A stretch of 64,000 nt of DNA from an uncultured Anaerolineaceae bacterium (GTDB lineage: Bacteria > Chloroflexota > Anaerolineae > Anaerolineales > E44-bin32). A program made the position numbers and the translations under genes. Each line of letters starts with the position of its first letter. The first letter of the stretch is position 1. A model generated the notes under the pieces. It did not search any database. It saw only the letters and a list, made by a program, of their open reading frames with translations, and had not been told where the DNA came from. Positions 20,779 to 29,809 of the stretch are shown here, piece after piece. The stretch spans positions 2,879-66,878 of the forward strand of contig CAYLOO010000003.1 in the NCBI GenBank assembly GCA_964385355.1, in the 5' to 3' direction.

Positions 20779-21594
20779 ATGTACGAACTGATTGAGATCT
20801 CATTGGCCGACACCCAGCGCTTGTTGTCTTACAAAAGGGATCTGGATCTAGAAATCCATCTAAACATTAAGGGGTTTGATTACGGCTGGATTTTGAGTTC
20901 AGTAGAGTGGAAACCGGAAATGAAGGTTTTGGATGTTGGAGCAGGTTACTCTCGATTACCTTTGTATATTGCTCGAACATTTGATTGCGAAGTTTGGTCA
21001 GTCGATGATTTCGGTTTAGGTGACGACGGGTATTGGAAGCGGAACCAGGATCCAAACGCATATATTCGCGAGAATTCCGAGGTGAAGTACATTCTTGAGA
21101 AGGTTGGCGATTCCCAAGAATCAAGTCTCCCGGAAGATTATTTCGATGTCATTTATAGTGCATCTGCATTGGAGCATATTGAGCCATCCCAAGTGCCTGG
21201 TGTGTGGTTGCACATGAGCAAGATTCTCAAATCTGGCGGTCTGATGCTGCATGCGCTCGATATTGCTTTCCCCACCAGTAGAGGATGGCCGCATGTCTTT
21301 ATGGCAGAAGCCTTTGATGTTCTCTATCCCGTTCTCCCTAATAGTATTCGCATGAAGTATCTTTATGAAACACCAAAATCTTATGTTAGACATATCGCAA
21401 AGACAATTGATTTAAACACGTACGGCAGACTCAGGGATATTGGTATAGTTAACATGATTGTTGACCCGGAGATAGTTATTGAACCCCTGGATTACACACT
21501 CAACCGCATGATCAAGGATGGCGACGAAACGGCGAGGTATTTTCGTATAGGCTCGCTGCAAATTGCTCTAAAAAAGACTAACGGGGAGGGTTAA
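20779..21594 (+). CDS. SAM-dependent methyltransferase
   Basis: Track ORF 20677..21594 overlaps the upstream gene; ATG 20779 (MYELIEISL) avoids that. Motifs VLDVGAGYSRLP, FDVIYSASALEHI and LKSGGLMLHALD. Confidence 0.6.
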   Translation: MYELIEISLADTQRLLSYKRDLDLEIHLNIKGFDYGWILSSVEWKPEMKVLDVGAGYSRLPLYIARTFDCEVWSVDDFGLGDDGYWKRNQDPNAYIRENSEVKYILEKVGDSQESSLPEDYFDVIYSASALEHIEPSQVPGVWLHMSKILKSGGLMLHALDIAFPTSRGWPHVFMAEAFDVLYPVLPNSIRMKYLYETPKSYVRHIAKTIDLNTYGRLRDIGIVNMIVDPEIVIEPLDYTLNRMIKDGDETARYFRIGSLQIALKKTNGEG

Positions 21595-21598
21595 TTTT

Positions 21599-22669
21599 AT
21601 GGTGCAAATCATGATTGGGGATCGTCTCATAGGTGAATCTCACCCTGTCTATTTTATCGCCGACATCGCCGCGAACCATGACGGTGATCTCGAACGGGCG
21701 AAGATGCTTATCCGAATGGCGAAGGATGCAGGCGCAGAAGCAGCGAAATTCCAGAACTTCAGCGCACCGAAAATCGTTTCGGATTACGGTTTCAAGGCCT
21801 TGGGCGGTCAATTATCCCATCAAGCCAAATGGAAGAAATCTGTTTTCGAGGTCTATCAAGATGCCTCCGTCCCCTGGGATTGGACACCCATCTTGAAGGA
21901 AGAGTGCGATAAAGTAGGCATTCACTATTTCTCTTCCCCCTATGATTTCGAGACAATCGACATGCTTGACCCTTTTGTTCCAGCCTTTAAAGCTGGTTCT
22001 GGGTTGATGAGTTGGCCCGAAGCGCTGGTTTATATGGCCAGCAAAGGAAAACCTTTAATCATGGCAACGGGCGCGAGCGAGTTGGGCGAAGTGGTAGAGA
22101 ACGTGAGTGCTGTTCTGGAAGTAAATCCAGATCTCGTGTTGATGCAATGCAACACCAACTATACCGCCAGCCTGGAGAACTTCGATCATATCCACTTGAA
22201 TGTGCTGAAGACCTACGCGTCGCTCTTCCCGAATGTTGTCTTGGGTTTATCGGACCACACCCCGGGACATGCGACGGTCCTCGGCGCCGTAACCTTAGGC
22301 GCACGGGCGGTTGAGAAGCATTTTACGGATAACAACGACCGCGAGGGTCCAGACCATAAATTTGCTTTGGATCCAGATGCCTGGGCGGAGATGGTCGCTA
22401 GAACGCGCGAACTCGAACGCGCATTTGGTTCTTCTGTAAAACGTGTGGCAGACAATGAGCGGGAAACTGTGGTTCTTCAACGGCGGTGCCTGAGGGCGGC
22501 GCGCGATATTAAAAAGGACGAGGTCATCACGAGAGAGATGGTTGATGTTCTGCGGCCGGCCACGCCCGGTGCAATTTCACCCAAAGAGATCGAGGCTGTA
22601 GTTGGCACAAAAGCAGGGGTGGACATACCGATGGGTGAAGCCCTATTCTGGACAGTGCTGGGGGCCTAG
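21599..22669 (+). CDS. NeuB-family nonulosonic acid synthase with C-terminal SAF domain (NeuB/PseI/LegI type)
   Basis: Motifs PVYFIADIAANHDGDLERAKMLI, KFQNF, LIMATGAS and LGLSDHTPG, with a C-terminal SAF-like segment (RRCLRAARDIKKDEVITREMV). RBS GGGGAGGG precedes ATG 21599. Confidence 0.85.
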   Translation: MVQIMIGDRLIGESHPVYFIADIAANHDGDLERAKMLIRMAKDAGAEAAKFQNFSAPKIVSDYGFKALGGQLSHQAKWKKSVFEVYQDASVPWDWTPILKEECDKVGIHYFSSPYDFETIDMLDPFVPAFKAGSGLMSWPEALVYMASKGKPLIMATGASELGEVVENVSAVLEVNPDLVLMQCNTNYTASLENFDHIHLNVLKTYASLFPNVVLGLSDHTPGHATVLGAVTLGARAVEKHFTDNNDREGPDHKFALDPDAWAEMVARTRELERAFGSSVKRVADNERETVVLQRRCLRAARDIKKDEVITREMVDVLRPATPGAISPKEIEAVVGTKAGVDIPMGEALFWTVLGA

Positions 22670-23772
22670 TGCGCGTCCTTTACTTCTCGCAGGATTACAC
22701 GCCACATGATTTTCGTTTCTTAAGTGCCCTCTCGAAGACGGAGCATGACGTTTTCTATCTCCCGTTAGAGCGAATTATGGCTTCTGAGAGTAGGAAGTTG
22801 CCTGAAGGTGTGCAAATGGTCCATGGCTGGGGGCACACAGAGCCAGTGAGAGCGTTCGATGTCCCCTTCCTAAGGCGAAGGCTTCGAAAGCTGTTGGGGG
22901 AGATTCGACCGGATGTAGTACATGCCGGTCCTGTTCAGAAGAGTGCCTTCCTGACCGCGCTTGCTGGATACCAACCGCTGGTCACAATGTCGTGGGGATC
23001 AGATTTGCTTATGGATGCCCAGAGGGGAGTGGGTCGATGCGCAGCTCGTTATGCGCTGTCAAGAAGCGCGATCCTCGTGTGTGATTGTAAGGCTGTTCGC
23101 GATGTGGCTGTGAATCTGGGGATGCCTGAAGATCGGGTCGTGATTTTTCCTTGGGGGGTCGACCTGAATCATTTCAATCCTGATCAGTCAGGGGATGTTC
23201 GAAGAGGCCTGGGATGGGAGAATAATTTTGTCTTGATCTCCACCAGAGCTTGGGAGCCGCTTTATGGCCTTGATGTTCTCGTAGATGGTTTCATCGATGC
23301 GGCACGGATTGAAGCGAATCTCCGCCTCCTTTTGCTCGGAGTAGGCTCGCTAGAACCCGTTATCCGGAGCAAACTCGAGAACGCTGATATGCTTGATCGT
23401 GTTCACTTCGCCGGTCAAGTAGGCTATGATGATTTGCCTGACCATTATCGTTCGGCGGATCTATATATCAGCGCCTCCTATAGCGACGGCTCGTCTATTT
23501 CTTTACTCGAAGCGATGGCGTGTGGCGTTCCCGCCCTCGTTTCCGATATTCCAGGTAATCGCGAGTGGGTTACGCCGGAGAAAGAGGGGTGGTGGTTTAT
23601 CAAGGGCGATCCACGATCCCTTTCCGAAGGGATTCTCATGAGCCTCAGAAATCGGAAAGCGCTGTATGAGATGGCAGGGGCAGCTCGGCAAATTACAGAA
23701 AAGCGTGCAAACTGGCAAGAGAATTTCACATCTCTGCTAGATGCCTATACACTTGCAGTCGCTCAGGTGTGA
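22669..23772 (+). CDS. Glycosyltransferase family 4 (group 1, GT-B)
   Basis: 367 aa; the GTG start overlaps the upstream TAG by 1 nt. It carries an EX7E-type motif, SISLLEAMACGVPALVSDIPGNREWV. Confidence 0.85.
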   Translation: MRVLYFSQDYTPHDFRFLSALSKTEHDVFYLPLERIMASESRKLPEGVQMVHGWGHTEPVRAFDVPFLRRRLRKLLGEIRPDVVHAGPVQKSAFLTALAGYQPLVTMSWGSDLLMDAQRGVGRCAARYALSRSAILVCDCKAVRDVAVNLGMPEDRVVIFPWGVDLNHFNPDQSGDVRRGLGWENNFVLISTRAWEPLYGLDVLVDGFIDAARIEANLRLLLLGVGSLEPVIRSKLENADMLDRVHFAGQVGYDDLPDHYRSADLYISASYSDGSSISLLEAMACGVPALVSDIPGNREWVTPEKEGWWFIKGDPRSLSEGILMSLRNRKALYEMAGAARQITEKRANWQENFTSLLDAYTLAVAQV

Positions 23773-23793
23773 TCCCTTTCCGGGAGGGAGATT

Positions 23794-24555
23794 ATGCTAG
23801 GTTTCGATGAATTAGTTACTGGGCTTCAGCAATTAAACCTCAGCGATGATGACGTCCTGATGGTCCATAGCTCTTATAAATCCCTGGGTGGTGTGGAAGG
23901 TGGAGCCGAGACTGTTATCGATGCTCTGCAAGAGGCAGCTGGCACACACGGCACCGTGCTTTATCCGACGTTCAATTTCCAATCCTGGACCGAAACCCAC
24001 TACTATGACATCCGAGAGACTCACTCGAATATGGGTGTGATCACCGAGTTAGCCCGTTTGAGACCGGATGCGGTCCGAACTCCACATCCGATTTACTCCT
24101 TCGCGGTTTTGGGCGCGCGAAAGAAGGAGTTCGCTGCCTGTAACGATCCCGAGGCGTACGGGGAAAATTCAGTCTTTGGCCTTTTCCACAGGTTGAATGG
24201 GAAGATCTTAAGTATTGGGCTTCACTTCAACAGCACCTTCTCCATGCATCATTACGTTGAGTATCATACGGGCTGTAATTACCGTCGACAAAAAAACTTT
24301 TCGGGAATTTATATTGATTATGAGGGACCGCCACAACTGAGGACATACTCCATGTTTGTGCGGGCGACACCACGGATACAAACCGACATCGTTCCGGGCA
24401 TGACCGAACTTGTCGAGAAGGGCGTTATTCAAGAGGGGAAAGTGGGTCAAACGACGATTCACTTCTCCAGAGCAGAAGATTTTTACGACAATATGTCGGT
24501 CATTGTTAAAGAACATCCAGAAAAGCTGCATCATGCACCAGAAGCAACCCAATAA
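23794..24555 (+). CDS. AAC(3)-family (Antibiotic_NAT fold) N-acetyltransferase, probably acting on an amino sugar
   Basis: The N-terminal pattern VLMVHSSYKSLGGVEGGAETVIDALQEAAGTHGTVLYPTFNF is the hallmark of aminoglycoside 3-N-acetyltransferase-like proteins. RBS GGGAGGGAG. Confidence 0.7.
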   Translation: MLGFDELVTGLQQLNLSDDDVLMVHSSYKSLGGVEGGAETVIDALQEAAGTHGTVLYPTFNFQSWTETHYYDIRETHSNMGVITELARLRPDAVRTPHPIYSFAVLGARKKEFAACNDPEAYGENSVFGLFHRLNGKILSIGLHFNSTFSMHHYVEYHTGCNYRRQKNFSGIYIDYEGPPQLRTYSMFVRATPRIQTDIVPGMTELVEKGVIQEGKVGQTTIHFSRAEDFYDNMSVIVKEHPEKLHHAPEATQ

Positions 24556-24561
24556 CGAGTA

Positions 24562-25896
24562 ATGATAATGAAACAGGTCCCACTTAAATCAATTCTTGCT
24601 GAAATCTACCCTCTGCACCGGACACTGGCTAGTGACGGGACAGATGAAGCCCTCGAGATTATCGGGGGTTACATGCCGGATGAGTCAGGCTATACCATCG
24701 AGACCTACACCCCGGGGAAGCCTGTGTGGACCTGGCGAGTGCCGGAGAGGTATGTAGTTCATGAGGCTTATCTTGAGATCGCAGATGGGGAGCGGGTACT
24801 TGATTTCTCCGAAAACTCGCTGCATCTCGTTTCTTATTCGCTGCCGATTGATAGTACTCTCTCTTGGGACGAACTCGAACCCCATTTGTTCTTCAACGAG
24901 AAACGCCCAGAGGCGATTCCCTGGGAATTTAAATACTACGAGCGAAGCTGGGGTTTCTGTCTTCCCAAAAATACGTTCGATCAATTGCCACGCGATCAGA
25001 AGTACCGCGCAGTGATCCGCTCGGAATTCATTGCGGACCCGAAGCGTGGGTTCCGGGTTGGGACCGGGCTGATCCACCCAGATGACGGTCCGAATCCATC
25101 GGTAGGCGAAATCATCATCGCCTCCCATATCTGCCATCCGATGCAGGCGAATGATGACGCCGCAGGTGTTGTGACGGCTATTGGGTTAGCCCAGCGATTG
25201 ATCGAAGAGCCACTTCGCAAGGGATCGATGAACGTCCGCTTCCTTTTCTGCCCAGAAACGATTGGAAGTATTGCTTATTTAGCCCACCATGAAGATCTTA
25301 TCCCCCACATGAAAGGTGGAATTTTCCTTGAAATGACGGGAAATGAAAATACACTTGTGCTTCAGCACTCACGTCAAGACACACATCTCATCGATCGTGT
25401 GGCTGGGTATGTTCTTGGTCAGCGAGATGAGCGCTATAGAGAGGGCGAGTTCGCACAGGTCGTCGCCAACGATGAGCGTGTGATCAATGGTCCCGGCGTG
25501 AACGTCCCCTGCATCTCGTTGAGTCGCTGGCCCTATGATGAGTATCACACAAGTGACGACAACCTCAGCATCATCAGTGAGGAAATGCTCCAGGATGCTG
25601 CAAAGATCGGCGAGGATATTATCCGGATTTTCGCGTCGAACTATATTCCCAAGAGGAATTTCCGAGGTCCGGTTTTTCTTTCCGGTCACGATCTGTGGGT
25701 GGATTGGAGAGAGGATTGGGATCTCAATCGAGCTATCGAGAAGATCATGATGCGCTTCGAAGGGCAACAAAGCATCTTCGATATCAGTGAGGAACTCGGG
25801 CTTGATTACTGGGCAACCTACAATTATGTGGAGAAATTTCGCGAGAAGGGGCTCATCGAACGATTGCCGATCCCTAGCGAATCGTCCGCAGAATAG
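24562..25896 (+). CDS. Aminopeptidase-like domain protein (DUF2172/DUF4910, COG4310-type) with C-terminal winged-helix-like tail
   Basis: 444 aa. IYPLHRTLASDGTDEAL, IIASHICHPMQANDDAAGV and FLFCPETIGSIAYL match my recollection of this family, which recurs in polysaccharide loci. Its function is unknown. Confidence 0.55.
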   Translation: MIMKQVPLKSILAEIYPLHRTLASDGTDEALEIIGGYMPDESGYTIETYTPGKPVWTWRVPERYVVHEAYLEIADGERVLDFSENSLHLVSYSLPIDSTLSWDELEPHLFFNEKRPEAIPWEFKYYERSWGFCLPKNTFDQLPRDQKYRAVIRSEFIADPKRGFRVGTGLIHPDDGPNPSVGEIIIASHICHPMQANDDAAGVVTAIGLAQRLIEEPLRKGSMNVRFLFCPETIGSIAYLAHHEDLIPHMKGGIFLEMTGNENTLVLQHSRQDTHLIDRVAGYVLGQRDERYREGEFAQVVANDERVINGPGVNVPCISLSRWPYDEYHTSDDNLSIISEEMLQDAAKIGEDIIRIFASNYIPKRNFRGPVFLSGHDLWVDWREDWDLNRAIEKIMMRFEGQQSIFDISEELGLDYWATYNYVEKFREKGLIERLPIPSESSAE

Positions 25897-25923
25897 CAGG
25901 CACTTCGTGAAGAAGAGGTCTAA

Positions 25924-26694
25924 TTGGTGCAGGTAGGTAAGTCAAGGGATGGAACAATAGCGATTGTCCAGGCCAGGATGGCTTCGACTCGCTTGCCAGG
26001 AAAGGTACTGGCCGACATCGCCGGCCAATCGATGCTGGCCCGTGTCGTCATGCGAGCACGGAGATCGAAACGAATTGACCGACTTGTCGTGGCGACAAGC
26101 ACAGAGTCTAGAGATGATCCAATTGTTGCACTCTGCGAGCAGATGGAGTTTGAATATTCACGCGGCAGTGCCTTGGACGTCCTGGACCGGTATTTCCAAG
26201 TTTCCCAGGAATTCGAGGCGCAGACCGTTGTGCGTCTAACTGCAGACTGCCCGGTGATCGATCCAGATGTAATCGATCAAACTATCGAAGAATTCTTCGC
26301 TGCAGAACCCGCGGCAGATTTCGCAGCAAACCGCTTTCCCTGGGAGAGGACATTCCCGATCGGCTTGGATGTAGAGGTCTGCACAATGAAGGCATTGGAA
26401 ACTGCCTGGAGTGAAGCGGATCAGCAGCACCAGCGCGAGCATGTCATGCCGTTTCTATATGAGAGGCCCGAACGATTCCGGATCCTACACGTGCGGAATG
26501 ACGAGGATTATGGTCACATACGCTGGACAGTTGACACCGTTGATGATCTGGCCTTTGTCCGCGAGATTTATAAGCGTTTCCGCGGCCGGGATGACTTCAA
26601 TTGGCGGGAGATCCTGGAATTACTTGAGAAGGAACCTGAACTAGCGCAGATCAACGCGCATGTTCAGCATAAATCACATCTGGATGTGGGTTGA
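25924..26694 (+). CDS. SpsF/FlmC-type cytidylyltransferase (CMP-nonulosonate synthetase candidate)
   Basis: IAIVQARMASTRLPGKVLADIAGQSML...RLVVATS...VLDRYF...VRLTADCP is the SpsF-like CTP_transf_3 pattern. The start (TTG 25924 or GTG 25927) is uncertain. Confidence 0.7.
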   Translation: MVQVGKSRDGTIAIVQARMASTRLPGKVLADIAGQSMLARVVMRARRSKRIDRLVVATSTESRDDPIVALCEQMEFEYSRGSALDVLDRYFQVSQEFEAQTVVRLTADCPVIDPDVIDQTIEEFFAAEPAADFAANRFPWERTFPIGLDVEVCTMKALETAWSEADQQHQREHVMPFLYERPERFRILHVRNDEDYGHIRWTVDTVDDLAFVREIYKRFRGRDDFNWREILELLEKEPELAQINAHVQHKSHLDVG

Positions 26695-26730
26695 TAGGAT
26701 GGGAGCTATGAGCAATTTTGGAGGCGTTCT

Positions 26731-27642
26731 TTGAGCGATGGAGTTGATGTCAAGCGACAAGTTCGTGAATTCTATGACACCTTCGGTTGGAAGCCGCTCG
26801 CCGAAGGGCTCTATCATGACGCGCGCTACGAAGATCTGCGACTCGTGTCTCGCGAGTATGTCCAGCGATGTCGCCTCCGCGTGATACAGCATCTGCCGCC
26901 TACAGGTCGTTACCTCTTAGATGGCGGATCGGGACCTATTCAGTATTCGGAATATCTTGAATACTCTCATGGTTATCGCCATCGCGTTTGTTTAGATATT
27001 TCTCACCTTGCGTTGAGAGAAGCGCGTTCGCGTATAGGTGACCATGGGTTGTTTGTTGTTGGGGATATTTCCAAGCTCCCCTTTGAATCAAATGTATTTG
27101 AAGGTGTGGTTTCCATGCATGTCGTTTATCACCTCCCGAGAGAGGAACAGGCCAACACATTCCGAGAATTCTTTCGGGTCCTGCAACCCTCTGGAAAGGG
27201 GGTAATCGTCTACAGTTGGGGAGAGCACTCAGCCCTTATGAGGTTAGCGCGTTTCCCGATGTGGATAGCGTCGTGGCTGGTAAAAGCGTACAGCTACGTG
27301 CGTAATAAGGAGCAGCGCATCGAGGATGTACAGGGGCACCGTATGGATACTGATCAAATGAAGGTCGTCCAGGCTCCATCTCTCTTCAGCTTCAAGTACG
27401 ATTATCAATGGCTTCGGCAACAAGCGGGGCATCTGCCAGGATTTGATATTCGTGTCTGGAGGACAGCGAGTTCTGCTTTCCTTCGTGCGTTCATCTTTAA
27501 ACCGTTATTCGGTCAGTTCTGGTTGAGAGTTCTTTATTGGGTTGAGGAACGGGCACCACGCCTTATGGGTCGCGTGGGTCAATACCCCATGGTTCTCTTC
27601 GAGAAACCACCCATCCGTAAGCAAGAGAGTGTTGGGCAGTAA
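26731..27642 (+). CDS. Class I SAM-dependent methyltransferase (paralogue of 17879..18811)
   Basis: Colinear with the 17879 protein: VREFYD.GWK, ARYEDLR.VSREY, LLDGGSGPIQYSEYLEYS, RVCLDIS and a C-terminal ERAP.L.GR.GQYPM motif. GGAGG lies 7 nt before TTG 26731. Confidence 0.8.
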   Translation: MSDGVDVKRQVREFYDTFGWKPLAEGLYHDARYEDLRLVSREYVQRCRLRVIQHLPPTGRYLLDGGSGPIQYSEYLEYSHGYRHRVCLDISHLALREARSRIGDHGLFVVGDISKLPFESNVFEGVVSMHVVYHLPREEQANTFREFFRVLQPSGKGVIVYSWGEHSALMRLARFPMWIASWLVKAYSYVRNKEQRIEDVQGHRMDTDQMKVVQAPSLFSFKYDYQWLRQQAGHLPGFDIRVWRTASSAFLRAFIFKPLFGQFWLRVLYWVEERAPRLMGRVGQYPMVLFEKPPIRKQESVGQ

Positions 27643-27691
27643 CTGTGGGGATGAACGTACCAGACAGGCCGCTCTTCTTGAGACACAATTC

Positions 27692-28645
27692 ATGTTGACA
27701 ATCTTCAGCGCACCGAAATCGTTCTCCGACCCTCATATCGCTCTGATCCAGCGCAACGCGATAAGCTCTTGGCTTCAATTGGGCGAGGATGTCGAAGTGC
27801 TTTTGATGGGGGATGAACCAGGTCTTGATGAGGCTGCGATTTCGCTGGGGGTCCGCCGCCTGAGCGTACCCGAACGAGCGCCAAGCGGCACGCCGTTGAT
27901 AAACGCTCTCTTCAGACAAGCCCGAGAAGCTGCCAGCTATCGACTTCTATGTTATATAAACGCTGACATCGTCCCACTAGACGATTTCCTTCCTGGCCTG
28001 CGAACGGTGGCTGAGCGATTAGAATCATTCCTCCTTGTGGGCACCCGCTGGGACCTCTCAGTCCAGCGACCACTATCCTTCGAAAAAAGTTGGATCCAGG
28101 ATCTGCGTCGGCGGTTGGAGTTTGAAGGGCAGTTGCACCCTCCTATGGGTAGTGATTACTTTATTTTTCCGGCTAACCGATTTACGCATATTCCAGATTT
28201 TTCTCTGGGTCGAGCGGGCTGGGATAACTGGATGATTTTCCAGGCTAGACGGGAACGTATCCCTGTTGTTGACGCAAGTTCGGCGATCACTGTGGTTCAT
28301 CAGGATCATAGCTATGCCCACCTCCCTGGCGGCCAACCTCATTACCGCCACTCGGAAAGCATTCGAAACGTTGAACTCGCTGGTGGATTGGAAACAATGT
28401 TCCGCCTGCGCGACGCCGATTGGATTCTGGTTCCCAGTGGGTTAGAGCGAAAGTCGTGGGACAAGTGGGAATGGCCAAGGAAAATCGAAGCCGATCTGAT
28501 TGCCTTGCTGGGTCCAGGCCGAGGTGCGAAGATGGTAAGGATGGCTTTCCATCCTAAAGATACCTTAACCTATTTCTGGCGCAGGGCTTTGAGAATTCGT
28601 CGACTTGTGGACAAAGATGGAGATGAAGGGAAACAGGGAGGTTAG
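27692..28645 (+). CDS. Uncharacterised protein, possible GT-A-fold glycosyltransferase
   Basis: Track ORF 27542..28645 overlaps the upstream gene; ATG 27692 (MLTIFSAPKSFSDPHIALIQRNAISSW) is the plausible start. YINADIV and GSDYFIF motifs suggest a nucleotide-diphospho-sugar transferase fold. The family is not firmly recognised. Confidence 0.35.
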   Translation: MLTIFSAPKSFSDPHIALIQRNAISSWLQLGEDVEVLLMGDEPGLDEAAISLGVRRLSVPERAPSGTPLINALFRQAREAASYRLLCYINADIVPLDDFLPGLRTVAERLESFLLVGTRWDLSVQRPLSFEKSWIQDLRRRLEFEGQLHPPMGSDYFIFPANRFTHIPDFSLGRAGWDNWMIFQARRERIPVVDASSAITVVHQDHSYAHLPGGQPHYRHSESIRNVELAGGLETMFRLRDADWILVPSGLERKSWDKWEWPRKIEADLIALLGPGRGAKMVRMAFHPKDTLTYFWRRALRIRRLVDKDGDEGKQGG

Positions 28646-28646
28646 T

Positions 28647-29687
28647 GTGACGCGAATCGGAATGAACCCCGCTAGGCATCGCGTCTCGGATTTCACACCA
28701 GAGCGTGTCACCGTAGCTATGTTGGTTTATCTACCGCATTTGACAGGTTACTTCCAGCATCGCCTTGATGTGGTCAAACTCTCTGTAGCCAGCCTGCTTA
28801 ATAACACCGAGTTGAACTACGACCTACTCATCTTTGACAATGGCAGCTGTGAGGAGGTTAAGGCCTGGTTGCGGAAGCTAGAGGAGACTGGGAGCATACG
28901 TTTTTTGTTTAGTTCTTCCGAGAACATTGGTAAACTAAACGCATTGCGCCTTATCGTTGGTGCTGCCCCGGGCGAGCTGATTGCTTACACCGACGATGAT
29001 ACCTTCTTCTATCCTGGGTGGCTCTCGGCGCATGTCGAAATACTTGATGCCTTTCCTAATGTTGGCATGGTAAGCGGATCGCCTGAACGCACTTTATTTG
29101 ATCATGGAATTCAAAGCAATATTCGCCTGGCTCAGTCTGATCCAGAGGTAACCATGAGCTACGGCAAGCGAATCCCAGAGCAGTGGGAGTTAGAGTGGGC
29201 GGTTGCGTTGGGGAATGACCCTGAGGATTTCATACAGCAGGTCCAAGATATTGAGGATATCGTCGTGGAGCGGCACGGGGTGAGAGCCTATGCGACGGCT
29301 TGCCATAATCAATTCCTGAGTCCGAAGTCAGTAATGCAGAAGTTTCTTCAGGGGAAGTGGACCGGGCGTCTGATGGGAGGTCTCAACGAATTGGATAATA
29401 CCATCGATGCGGATGGTTACCTGCGATTGACTACGATCGATCGTACAACACGCCTGATCGGAAACGTCTTGGGCTCCGCGTTGATAGAAGAGGCGAACCG
29501 CTTCAATATTCAGGTTGGTGGGCGTATTTGGCAGGGATCGTTCACTCGGCGGAGTGGATTGGGAGCAAAACTTGTGAACTGGGGACCTATCCACTGGCTT
29601 CTCCAAGGGGTATACAATCGCCTCTTTTGGCTCTTAACTGGTCAGAGGGGCGGGTGGCTCGACGTGGAGCAAGGTAAAGAGGAATAA
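28647..29687 (+). CDS. Glycosyltransferase family 2 (tandem paralogue 1)
   Basis: GTG 28647 lies 6 nt after AGGGAGG and directly after the upstream TAG. Motifs VAMLVYLPHLTGYF, LLIFDNGSCEEV and AYTDDDTFFYPGWL. Colinear with the next gene. Confidence 0.7.
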   Translation: MTRIGMNPARHRVSDFTPERVTVAMLVYLPHLTGYFQHRLDVVKLSVASLLNNTELNYDLLIFDNGSCEEVKAWLRKLEETGSIRFLFSSSENIGKLNALRLIVGAAPGELIAYTDDDTFFYPGWLSAHVEILDAFPNVGMVSGSPERTLFDHGIQSNIRLAQSDPEVTMSYGKRIPEQWELEWAVALGNDPEDFIQQVQDIEDIVVERHGVRAYATACHNQFLSPKSVMQKFLQGKWTGRLMGGLNELDNTIDADGYLRLTTIDRTTRLIGNVLGSALIEEANRFNIQVGGRIWQGSFTRRSGLGAKLVNWGPIHWLLQGVYNRLFWLLTGQRGGWLDVEQGKEE

Positions 29688-29809
29688 TTGCGAGGTATGA
29701 CTAACAGATCAGGGGAGATCCTGGTTTCGGTTACCAGCGTCTTTGGCGCAAGAGCCGCGGTCTGGGTCAGCTGCAATACCTGATTAAGGGGAGAGATGCG
29801 AGAGCAGCT

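Noticed and set aside
23794-24555. The AAC(3)-family gene considered as an aminoglycoside resistance determinant.
   Set aside because: It is embedded, with 6-21-nt spacing, between a GT4, a DUF4910 protein and a cytidylyltransferase in a sugar-acid cassette, and there is no mobile-element context. A sugar N-acetyltransferase role is more parsimonious, but this is untested.
18817-26694. Calling this block a complete CMP-pseudaminic acid (pseBCHGIF) pathway.
   Set aside because: Only PseB-, NeuB- and cytidylyltransferase-type genes are recognisable. No PLP aminotransferase and no PseG-type hydrolase is present in the window, so the product cannot be assigned.
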